A stretch of DNA of 30,786 bases from Octopus sinensis (GCF_006345805.1 NW_021836906.1:1-30786); one strand, 5' to 3'. Shown: positions 9,950-20,377, counted from the stretch's first letter. Notes: generated by a model not told the origin, from the sequence alone. Program-made: numbers and translations.

Positions 9950-10740
9950 GAAGAATCGACTCCAAACTTGACAAAAGAATTGCACAAATCATAAGTTCGC
10001 TTCCTGGAAGTGATTAAAACATGAAGAAAGCAAAGATTTACAAAAGATGGTTCAACTCGACTCCTTGTGCTCTCCCTCCCCAGGAAACTAGTAATAGAAG
10101 TCACCCCAAATGAACCTGACCAGCAGAGGAAAACTTAGATAAAAAAAAAAAACGGCTGTGGATAACTTCAAAATAGAGATAGAACTCCAAAGACTGTGGG
10201 TCTAATCACATGAAGAAAAACTAAATTTAATTTATGAAAAAATGGAGGTGGAAATCTCTATGAAGGCTGACGGACAACTTATTTAGCAACACTATCCAAC
10301 TCTGGAAGCAAAATTTTGAAAATGAAGAATTAATTCCACTTGGAAGGTGGGAGAAAAATAATCTCAGATTCAGTCATTATGAAACAAAATGTACAAAATA
10401 AAGATTTTGAAGATTCTTTCTTAAAGAAAATTTTACCTCACAAATCCTTCATTCAAACAGCAAGACGACCAGTAGCGAAACGTAAATTAGACGATTATCA
10501 AAGACACAGCGTTGTTGATAATACTAATTCCAGAGCATTTAAACAAAGAGACAACCTTTTCAGGAACAACAAAAATCGGTTCTTCTCAAGACAAAATACA
10601 ATTCCTCAAAGATAAAGTGAAACAAACAAGTTTTGAAGGGAAGCGATTTAATCGTTTAAATCATTGTCAAGATTTGAATAACACTTATTTTAGAGACTCC
10701 AGGAGGGTAAACTATAATGTCGACTATGAGAAGGATTAGT
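9950..10740 (+). pseudogene. Degenerate coding-like relic, probably a retroelement ORF N-terminus
   Basis: A long non-repetitive stretch reads as charged, protein-like frames broken by single stops (LPRKLVIEVTPNEPDQQRKT*IKKKTAVDNFKIEIELQRL...HEEKLNLIYEKMEVEISMKADGQL). No diagnostic motif, so the family is not established. Confidence 0.35.
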
Positions 10741-10794
10741 ATTTAGAACGTAAATAATATACGATGTGCGAAACGTTGCCGTTTGTTAGTGATA

Positions 10795-10816
10795 TGATGA
10801 TGGTGATGATGATGAC

Positions 10817-10853
<37 letters not shown>

Positions 10854-11000
10854 GGAGTGGGTCGTGGTGGCGGCGGCGGTGGTGGTGGTGATAGTAGTGG
10901 TGGTGGTGGTGGTGGTGATGGTAGCGGTGGTGGCAGCGGTGAATGCTGTGTTTGTGGTTGTGTGATGGTGGTGGTGGTGGTGGTGATGATGATGATGATG
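10795..11000. repeat. (GAT)n/(GGT)n compound low-complexity tract
   Basis: Direct reading. Confidence 0.9.
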
Positions 11001-11020
11001 AGGGTTAGCGTAAATCATAA

Positions 11021-11211
11021 GGCGGCGAGCTGGTTGAAACGTTAGCACGCCGGGCGAAATGCTTAGCAGTATTTCGTCTGTCTTTACGTTCTGAGTTCAA
11101 ATTACGTTCGGTTGTCGATAAATTAAGTACCAGTTGCGTTCTGGGGGCGATCTAACCGACTGGCCCCCATCTCCCAAAAAATTTCGGGCCTTGTATCTAG
11201 AGTAGAAAAGA
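11021..11211 (+). mobile_element. SINE family B, monomer with TSD
   Basis: ggcggcgagctgg head, B box gagttcaaatt, internal deletion, tail ggccttgtatctagagtagaaaag. TSD is ttagcgtaaatcat (11005-11018) / ttagcgtgaatcat (11212-11225), 13/14 match. Confidence 0.92.
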
Positions 11212-11717
11212 TTAGCGTGAATCATCATCATGACAACATAACGTGACAACAACATCAACAACAACAAGATTATCTACAATGTCATCGAGTAATGTGATTA
11301 TTCGCCTTTCTTTCTCGAATTATTCAAAAATTTATTTAAAATTTGAAAACCTATTTTTTATAAAAATGAAAAAAAAAAAAAAAAATGTCAGCTTGACTTT
11401 GTTGACAGTCGTTCATATATTGTATGTCTTCATCCAATAGAAAATGTTTCTGGAATCGTCAATCATGAGTACCACTTCAAATTAAATCCAGTTAAACGTG
11501 GTGATAGTTTTATTTTATTTTCCTTTCGATGACAGCAATGTCATTGTTTATTAAGTTGTTTGTTTCCCCATTCGTTCTGACGAGTTGCGCTTTTACTATT
11601 TCTACTGTAGTCAACGCCCTGGTTCAGGAGCTTGCTTTGCAACCATCTGGTTTCCGGTTCGTTCGTGCGTGTGTGTGCGTAAATATGCATGTATTTACAC
11701 ACACATACACAAATTCA

Positions 11718-12083
11718 TCTCTATATATAAACGGCAAAATGTCTGTGTGTGTGTGTGTCCTTTATACAAATCCACAATTTTTCAGTTAGAGGGCTCGTAC
11801 TTTCTATGGTCATTCAAAACAGTCCAAGGGTGGTCGTGTATATCTTTACATTTCCCCAGTTACTCCACAAATCCATTAAAGAATCAATAGAAGTGACTTT
11901 TTTGTGAATTTTCTATCCAAAACCCAATCAAAATGCCCGAAACTTGATACGCCAATTGATGCCAGCTAGCTGTATGTGATTGGTCGGAGATTTGGAACAG
12001 ACTATCGCGTGTATGTGCGCACGCACGCAGCTGTATATACATGCACTAGCACTATGACTCGGCAACGCCGGCTCATAGTGCTA

Positions 12084-12084
<1 letters not shown>
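11718..12084 (+). mobile_element. Non-autonomous Helitron, apparently complete (367 bp)
   Basis: 5' a|TCTCTATATATAAA at 11717/11718. The 3' GC-rich hairpin cggc-aac-gccg (12060-12070) lies about 10 nt before the terminal CTAG (12081-12084), followed by T. The element sits in an A|T target with no TSD. Confidence 0.8.
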
Positions 12085-12117
<33 letters not shown>

Positions 12118-12319
12118 ACTAACTGTCACTGTATGTGTCTATACGGTTTATGTTGCACTCAACTGCCCACTTTAATTTTATACTATGTATGTAAATAAAT
12201 ATATATATGTGCGTGTGTGTGTATGTGTGTGTGTACATAACTGCTTATATACATAAGCCCGAGCGATATAATATATATATTCAATCGTCGCTAAATGTAG
12301 GTGAGGGTGCCGAAGCACC

Positions 12320-12715
12320 TATATTGTTACAAATAAGAGTTAAAAACTCTTAATGTTCGAAGAGCACAATATATGTACACCGACAGCGGGGTAACCGCCC
12401 CATTGCCGTCTCTGGAATGACTAGACTAGACTAGTTACACCTGTTTCGTAGGCATAATCACTAATGGCTACCAGCTGTTTATATTAATATTTAGAATACC
12501 CATTAACATTTCGCTAAGTCAGCCATAAGTTTTTATAGCAAAAACATGGCAGACGGGTCTTGCCAAACCATCGACTGAAGATGCCAACGAAATACGCGAA
12601 ACTAGTCAAGTCAAATGATTATAGAGACGGTCATGGAGCGGATACCTGCCCTCTCAATGTATATATATTGCGGTCTTCTTACAGCATTAAGAGTTTTAAA
12701 CACTTATTTCTAGCA
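12320..12715. mobile_element. Old fold-back element with two degenerate hammerhead-like copies
   Basis: Arms 12320-12467 and 12568-12715 are inverted and about 70% identical by eye (about 46/63 over 12406-12467 versus 12568-12630). The plus copy has CTGAAGA-tgccaacgaaatacgc-GAAACTAGTC at 12575-12607. Confidence 0.65.
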
Positions 12716-12872
12716 TTCAGTGATGATTATATAATTTTTCCTTTATAATATTATATTGCACCTAGCTGTTTATATATATATATATCTTTCCTTTCCTGAG
12801 CGTCTACTAACACTTAATCCACGTCCTCGCGTTGTTACGTTTTCTCTTTATTCATGTTTGGATTAACTATAA

Positions 12873-12905
<33 letters not shown>

Positions 12906-12914
12906 ATATATATA

Positions 12915-13130
12915 TCGTTTTCGTATTTGGTTTGCAAGATTCATTATGTGAATTCGTGTGTTGAAGCAAATTTTGTTGTGTCTAGAAGGGTCATTCTGTT
13001 TTAATGCCTTATAAATTAACACACTCACCGATTCAATTTCCACTCATTTATGCTTTTTTTTCTTAACTTTTCGTTGCTTCTTGCAACCTCTTCAATAGTT
13101 GCTGACTTTGTCCGTTGTAGGAGCTGCGTT
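12915..13130 (-). mobile_element. Single copy of the 1909-2178 family with hammerhead-like core
   Basis: Shares ggtttgcaagattc(t/a)ttatgtga.ttcgtgtgttg and gtcattct...tgccttata with the 1909-2178 element. Minus strand: TTGAAGA-g-gttgc-aagaa-gcaac-GAAA (13095-13069) with a perfect 5-bp stem II. Confidence 0.65.
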
Positions 13131-13180
13131 CCTTTTGTTTATTTGTGCCCATGTGTGCGTGACAGTGTGCATGTGTATGC

Positions 13181-13184
<4 letters not shown>

Positions 13185-13213
<29 letters not shown>

Positions 13214-13262
13214 TGTATGTATGTATGTATGTATGTGTATGTGTATGTGTATGTGTATGCAT
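13185..13262. repeat. (TATG)n/(TGTATG)n microsatellite
   Basis: Direct reading. Confidence 0.9.
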
Positions 13263-13744
13263 ATATGTGTGTGTACGTTTGTATGTATATACTCTGCATA
13301 TTCATGTATTTGTGTGTGCATATTTGTGTAACCGTCTGTTATGTATAGATGTGCATCTCTATTTGTGTCCTTGTGTGTGTGTGTGGAGTGTGTGTGTGTG
13401 TATGGTCATGTGCTTCCATCTCCTTTTGTGTGTGGGTGTGCGTGTGCTTGTCTGTCCGTATTACCTATGTACCTATCTACTTATCTATCTGTTTACCTAC
13501 ATATCCATTTCCCTACCTATTCGCCTACATTACAACCTACAAACAAATCTACCTTTGTATGTATAAACTGTGGGTATTGGAGTATCACTATCTTCTATGT
13601 GTATCTTCTATTTAGTACAGGGAATGTTACATTTACGAGGACGTACTGAATGTTGGGTTCTTCGGATGCTTCCATAAAAAGTGGATGTCAAGCTGACCCA
13701 ATATGCCTCCATGTTGGGCTTTAGTATGTTAGTAGAGTGTGTAG

Positions 13745-13852
13745 GACTGTTTTTGTCGTCATATTTTCTTAACCTCTCCGCAATGTTTCTAGATGTCTCA
13801 CCAATGTATTTCATGTTCTTGTCTTTACAAGCACCCTCTATATACATTATGC
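13745..13852 (-). pseudogene. GIY-YIG endonuclease fragment (Penelope type)
   Basis: MYIEGACKDKNMKYIGETSRNIAERLRKY fits the PLE pattern (V/I)Y...C......YIGET.R.L..RL.EH. Confidence 0.75.
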
Positions 13853-14151
13853 TGCAGACAAAACACAGCCCTCCATACTCTACCAAGATGCTAAAGACCA
13901 ACATAGAGGCACACTGGGTCGACTTGACATCTGCTTTGTATCGAAGCACTCGGGGGACCCAACACTCAGACAAATACAGGAGTACGTCCTCATAAATGAA
14001 ACATTCCTTGTACTAAATAGGAGATATACATAGAACATAGTGATACTCCAATACGCACAGTTTATACATACACAGGCAAGTTTGTTAGTAGGCTTTTATG
14101 TAGGGGAATATATGTGTAAACATATATATATATATGTATGTATGTGTATAC

Positions 14152-14223
<72 letters not shown>

Positions 14224-14380
14224 TAGGTAGGTAATGGATATGTAGGCAAACAGATAGAAAAGTAGATAGCATATATATATAAGGGATAGAAGTATCCAGA
14301 GGCACTCCGGAAGGTTTTCTTTCCGATTTCTCCCTCTATCTTTCGCTCTATTCTCCTCTTAGTCTATCTCTGCCTTCTTC

Positions 14381-14447
14381 GTTCCGATGACGTCTATCAT
14401 TTGCAACGAGGTAAATACATATTTACCTCAGAGAAACAGCTGTTAAC
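14381..14447 (+). ncRNA. Degenerate hammerhead-like motif with palindromic stem III
   Basis: gtt-CCGATGA-cgtct...gaggtaaat-acat-atttacctc-aga-GAAACAGCTGTT-aac. It has a U4C core change, a 9-bp hairpin at 14408-14429, the 10-nt palindrome AACAGCTGTT and a 3-bp stem I. Confidence 0.45.
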
Positions 14448-14758
14448 TCACTCTTACCTTCACCTTGCTTAACTAATTAAATAATGGCTTTTTAGCACCA
14501 AAGATACACTTTTCTGATCGTCTATATATATATATAAGCAAAAATGCTAGTTCTAAAATCTCTGTAAGAGATCAATGCAGTAGTTGTACTGACAAGTAAT
14601 ATTTGGAGCTACTTTAACATGGCTGTCCGTTCGAGCGGACTCCATGGCGATTTTTTTAATCCTAAGAGGACATCACCTCTAGCTGGTTAACGACGCATAG
14701 CTGCATCCGATATGATTGCGAGCAGGGGAGCGAAGCCTATCATCTTCATCTCCTAGCG

Positions 14759-14797
<39 letters not shown>

Positions 14798-14912
14798 CAT
14801 ATATGTACATTCTTTTTTTATACCGTTTGAACTCGAAGTAGATAAAGCTATAAATAATAGCAAGTGGTGGATTAAAAACCTTATGGCGTCAGCGATATCT
14901 GTGCGTGTGTGT

Positions 14913-14955
<43 letters not shown>

Positions 14956-14975
14956 CGAGTTAGTTCCGGCCATAC

Positions 14976-15125
14976 TGCTTGACAACCGATGTTCCTTTGT
15001 TTACATCCCTGTAACCTAGCATTTTGGAAATGTTCACCGATAGAATGTGTATAAGATTTAAATAAAAACTGAGATCCAGTTGTTTTACCGACCACTTCAA
15101 GGCGGTGCCCCAGCAACTGAAACGA
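14976..15125 (+). mobile_element. Old SINE family A 3' half
   Basis: gcttgacaaccgatg...accgatagaat...aaggcggtgccccagca.ctgaaac. Confidence 0.7.
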
Positions 15126-15369
15126 GTTCAAAGTTAAGACGGAGTACAATGAATGAACGGAAGAGATTCTTCGAGACCAATCGTCGTGTTAGAAATAGCA
15201 ACCAAATCGCTCTCTCGAATCACACACACACGTAAATGATACACTGAATTGTTAAACTGTAACTAGTAAAATGGTCGGATTGATGCCACTGCAAAGCTTC
15301 TGATCATAGATTAAAACGATCGTTGTTGGCCCACGGCTAAACAATAACAACCAGCATACTAGAAAGCTC

Positions 15370-15475
15370 GCGCGGGAAAGAGAGGGAGAGAGAGAGAGAT
15401 TGAGATGGAGGGGAGGAGAGGGAGATTGAGAGAGAGAGGAAGATTGAGAAAGAGAGGGAGAGAGAGATAGAAATG
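15370..15475. repeat. (GA)-rich polypurine tract
   Basis: Direct reading. Confidence 0.9.
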
Positions 15476-16010
15476 CTTAGAAATAACGTCGATTGTTGAC
15501 TGGTTTGTTTTAAATTATTTTCTTGGTTTGCGAAATAGTACCAAAGATTATAAATCTTATGCTCTTTATGATATGTTGGGAAAAGCAATATTTATTGCGT
15601 GTATTCTGTACTCCATCTTTATCCTTTAATTTTAAATTCAAAACTTCCAAACTCACGTGATCTTAAATTAATCTAGAAAGGATTGTCTCCCCTACAAAGG
15701 TGGCCACCAGAGGGTACACCACGCGTTTGAATCTTTTTTCACGTTTTGTGTTTTTCAACATTGATTGTCGTTACTTTTATTCATTCTGCATCACGTATAA
15801 AATGAATAGATTTTGTTTTGTGCACCAGAGGCATATTTAAGGTATCCGGAATGTATTCTGAAGATTAGCTTTATCTCTTTTGTGCATCCTTGTATGATTA
15901 CACGACTGTATTTTACAATGTGCATGTATATATGTATATACATGCACACAACGTAAAAACAGACGAAATACAGCTAAGCATGTGTATATTGTGCGCGTGA
16001 TGCGTATTTA

Positions 16011-16055
<45 letters not shown>

Positions 16056-16209
16056 CATCTTTGCATCGAAGTTAATGATGTAACCTGGAGAAAAGTTTGA
16101 AACAATTGTAAGCATGCGGATAAATAACATATTTTCTTGCCTCTCACATCTGATTTTTTACCGTGTGTGTATGTGCATTTGTGTGTGCATGTATGTGTAT
16201 GTGAGGGTA

Positions 16210-16244
<35 letters not shown>

Positions 16245-16261
16245 TATTATTATTATTATTT

Positions 16262-18490
16262 TACTGTCTTTGCACGGCTTCTAACGCTGGAGATGTATTA
16301 CAACGTCAGCTGTACACTACCAGAAAACTAAGGTAACAACCCTTATTTTTCGATCACCACCCGAAGTATTCGAGCGGTTCCAAGCAGTGCTGTTTTCTGC
16401 AAGTACTCCACCCTTATTGCAGCCCCTATTTGTTCCATGTACTTCTCAAGATTTTTGCTCGCTGTTCCCATGGCTCCGATAATTATTGCTTCTACTACCA
16501 CCTTTTCAGCGACCACTTTTCTTTCTTCCTTATTGCATACCTTTTTGTCAGCTGAGCATGCTATATCTATGATCCAGCATCGTTTGCTTTCTTTCTCAAT
16601 TAACACTGTCTGGTTTCCTATTCTCTGCCTCATGGTTGCACTGAATCATAAAATCTCATAGGATCTTTGCACTATCATTTTCGATGATGCCTTCGGGTTT
16701 ATGTTCATACCATTTTTTTGATCTGCCAAGTCCATACTTGTTGCAAAGTGTCCAATGGACAAGCCTTGCTATATTCTCATGACGTCTCTTATATACTTTC
16801 TGGGCTAGTGGCGTACATTGACTGGTAATATGCCATACAGTTTCATCATTTTGTCCACAAATTCTGCACTTATCACTTTCTGATATATTGTCTATTCTGT
16901 GTTTGAAGTAATTGGTTCTTAATGCTTGCTCTTGGACATCGTAGATCAGTATCACCGTTTCCGGTTTTAAATCACTTTTAGTCATCCATAACCATCTTTT
17001 TTCTCTGTCTATCTTATCTTCAACATCCCTATGAAATTGCCCATGCATTCTTTTCTTTATCCACCTAGTTTCAGTTTCATTCATTCTCAAGTGCTTGTAC
17101 ACTGCTTTATCTTTGCAATCTTCCATCCTACACATGCCTGACCTTCTTACTTCCAATAATAGCGGTTCTGTGGCATTCTTACATACCATACTATGTTGTT
17201 TTCTTCTGCTCTAATGCTGTGATCACATCCAATCAGTCCTCTTCCCCCTCTTTTTCTTGATACATAAGTCTGTCTGTGTCACTTTTTGGGTAAAGTATCC
17301 CATATCTAGTCAGCAACTTCCTTGTCTTTCTGTCTAAGCTGTCTAGTTTGTCTATTGTCCATGTGATTATCCCTACTCCATATCTAAGGAGTGAAATCAC
17401 CCAGGTTTTGATAGCTTCAATCGTATTCCATCCGTTTAATTTCGATTTAAGGATCAGTATCAGTCTGCGCAAGTACTCCACCTTAAATTTTTCTGTCATT
17501 TCTTTCTCCATTAATTTATCCATTTCCAAACTTCATTCTGATATCAGCATTGAAGGCATACACCGTATCAACGAGGGAACTGACTTGGGCTTCATCTTTA
17601 CCATAAAGTTTAAAGTCATCCATGAATAACAAATGGTTGACTTTTTGTTGCCGGCTTTTGAATACACACCCAGCTTTTGCTTTCCTCAGAATCAGTGTCA
17701 GTGATATCAAGCACAGTACAAAGATCAGTGGGGACAGGCACTCCTAATTTCTACTGTCCCTAAGCTTCTTCCGTATGCTGTCAGGTCCGTCCTCCAATTT
17801 GCATACTTTTTCCAAACAATCACTCAACATTCAATGCAATCCCAAACAGGTTCATACACACCATAATCCAAGAATGTGGGATCATATCGTACGCCTTACG
17901 ATAGTCGATCCATGACAAGGCTAAGTTACTTTTCCTCCTCTTGCAGTCTCTGAGTACAGTTTTGTCTATCAGGAGTTGATCCTTGGTACCTCTGCACTTG
18001 CGCTTGCAACTCTTCTGCACATGTGGCAGGACTTCATTTTTTTTCCAGATATTCGTACATTGACTCTGCGACTATTCCAGGCAATAATTTCCACAAGTGG
18101 CAAGCAGGATATCGGCCTGTAATTGTCTACCGTATTGCCTTTATCAATGTTTTTCAAGCACAGTACTGTCCTACCCATTGTCTACCACTCTGGTGTTACT
18201 TGGTCGACACTTAACAAGGTATTGAGTTGTGCAGCTATTCGTGCATGACATTCACCAAATCATTTGATTTAGTAGCCTTGAACTACATCTGGTCCTGGGG
18301 CCTTCCAGTTGCTTTTTTTTTTATTTGCTGATTTCCTTCATTTTCCTAACTGAAATGACTAGTTCTGCCTTTTTTGGACAGACTACTGTTTGTTTCAGTT
18401 TTTGCAACCATTTAGCATCCTTCTTGTGCTCCTTGTCTTTGCTCCAGATGTCACTCCAAAACCTTTGACTTTCAATGTTATCAGGTGGAG
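16262..18490 (-). mobile_element. 5'-truncated R4/Dong-clade non-LTR retrotransposon (RT + CCHC + restriction-like endonuclease), inactivated
   Basis: RT motifs [42 protein letters not shown] and NHLLFMDDFKLY; zinc knuckle CRICGQNDETVWHITSQC; RLE region VLIEKESKRCWIIDIAC; C-terminus LQKTALLGTARILR. It has multiple stops, frameshifts and deletions (for example GIFQGD is missing). The 3' UTR ends in (TAA)n at 16209-16262. Confidence 0.9.
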
Positions 18491-19306
18491 GTGTTTGTAG
18501 TGGGCTTGTTGATGTGTTATTACTGTTGTTGTTGTTTGCAGTGGTGGCGGTGAGAGTAGTGGTGGTAACAACTGAAGATAGTGTTGTTGGTGATAATGAT
18601 GTTGGTAGTGGTGGTGGTGCTTCTGGTTGTGTCGTGCTGGCGGTGGTGGTGATAGTGTTGCGAATGGCCGTCCGGAAGAATAGAAATCTGGTGCACGCGA
18701 TTGAGGTGGAATTAAGATAGCCGTGCATGAAGCATACGAGTGGTTATTCGGAACATCCGTGAATGTATTATTCGCTGTTTTCTAGATCAGAGGCGAGGAA
18801 TTCCCGTATAAGCATGTAGCTGGCTGCGAGTAAACGTCTTTGGCAAGACTCAAGAAGGAGATAATGCATCTGACATTCTCAGAAACCGCTGCTTGTGGTG
18901 GTACAGTTTCGTGTCCCTTCGATGGTCACTATGTTTTTAACACAACACGCTCAAAAGAGATGTTATCTCAGGATAACTACCGCAGTATCTAGCCTGTCAA
19001 CGGGATATGTACAGTACGTATACAACATAAATGGCTACTTTATTACTGATTCAACTGGACGTATGTGTGCGTGTACGTGTATGTGTGCGTGTGTGTGAGT
19101 GTGTTTGAGTGGGTGTGTGGATGTGTATGTGTGTGTATCTGTATCTGTGCGTGTGTGTATGTGTTCGTGCGTGCTTGTGCATGTATGTATAATTATTAAA
19201 TCCGAGAAAACTCGACCAGACAATGATGATGATTATTATTATTGTCAAAACATGGCGGTGAACGGTTAGAAATGAGAGAACGTCGGGGAAAATGTCATGC
19301 AATATT

Positions 19307-19503
19307 TGTAGAAACGTTAGCACGCCGGGCGAAATGCTTAGCGATATTTCGTCTGTCTTTGCATTCTGAGTTCAAATTCCGCCGAGGTCGACTTTGCCTT
19401 TTATCCTTTAGGCGTCGATAACTTAAGTACCAATTGCGTACCGGGGTCGATCATATCGATTGGACCCTTCCCAAAAATTTTGGGCCTTGTGCCTAGAGTA
19501 GAA
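19307..19503 (+). mobile_element. SINE family B monomer
   Basis: gaaacgttagcacgccgggcgaaatgcttagc...gggccttgtgcctagagtagaa. Confidence 0.9.
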
Positions 19504-19754
19504 TATTTTTTGAGGTAGTTTCAGTCAGAGTTCAGATCCCACCGAAATCAACTTTCATCCTTGATGAAACAAAGTAACAATCAAGTACAGGGATCGATGG
19601 CATTGACTAATATCATGTTCTCCCAACTGTTCACCTTGTGCCTAACTCAGGAATCCATTATTAATACAGTTCTATATTTAAGAGATGAGAAATTATTTAC
19701 ATTATTTATATTATTTAGATTTGACAGATATTTGTCCTCATCTTGTTTATTGTT

Positions 19755-19800
19755 AACACAACGTTTCGGTTGATATACCCTCCAGCCTTCATCAGACGTC
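19755..19800 (-). ncRNA. Minimal type I hammerhead-like motif, core intact
   Basis: gacgt-CTGATGA-a-ggctg-gagggtatat-caacc-GAAAC-GTT-gtgtt. Loopless palindromic AACGTT stem III; stem II has one mismatch. Confidence 0.6.
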
Positions 19801-19907
19801 TTGGGGAAATTTCGAACCTGGGTTCTCTCTTATTCCTAAGGTATTTTTCGATGTTGCTGTTGTTGTTATTATTGCTGTTGTTGTTACTGCTGCTGTTGTT
19901 GTTGTTG

Positions 19908-19949
<42 letters not shown>

Positions 19950-19965
19950 TCACACACAGACATAC

Positions 19966-20036
<71 letters not shown>

Positions 20037-20136
20037 TGATGATGATGATGATGATGATGATAACAACAACAACAACAACAACAACAACATCGAAAAATAC
20101 CTTAGGAATGAGAACCCATGTTCGAAATTTCCCCAA

Positions 20137-20182
20137 GACACCTGATAAAGGCTGGAGGGTATATCAGCAGAAATGTTGTGTT
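20137..20182 (+). ncRNA. Minimal hammerhead-like motif, core mutated
   Basis: gacac-CTGATAA-a-ggctg-gagggtatat-cagca-GAAAT-GTT-gtgtt. It carries G8A and substitutions at the stem II base and stem III. Confidence 0.45.
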
Positions 20183-20377
20183 ATAACAACAAACAAGACG
20201 AGGACAAATATCTGTCAAATGTAAATAATGTAAATACTATCCATTATTAAGTCAAAGTCATTAAATGTCACCTGAGTTTGTTTTTGATCCTTCCGAGATC
20301 ATTAAAACATATACCAGTCATATGCTGGGGTACGTCTCCCTTTCCACGCTGTGTTTAAGTATTATTATGGCTTCTAA

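Larger units (their letters stand above)
13463..14450. mobile_element. Penelope-like element 3' fragment in inverted (fold-back) arrangement
   Basis: Arms 13463-13740 and 13872-14271 are inverted copies; the right arm carries an extra (TA)n tract. The spacer encodes GIY-YIG residues on the minus strand. The right arm runs on into a degenerate hammerhead at 14381-14447. Confidence 0.8.
19694..20236. mobile_element. Head-to-head inverted pair of a hammerhead-bearing short element sharing a microsatellite
   Basis: Unique arms of about 160 bp (19694-19856 minus; 20085-20236 plus) plus inverted (TTG/TTA) and (AAT/AAC) tracts around a spacer of about 25 bp. Confidence 0.85.

Noticed and set aside
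18660-19000. ILRNRCLWWY, resembling the RTE RRLRW motif
   Set aside because: A single weak motif without supporting neighbours.
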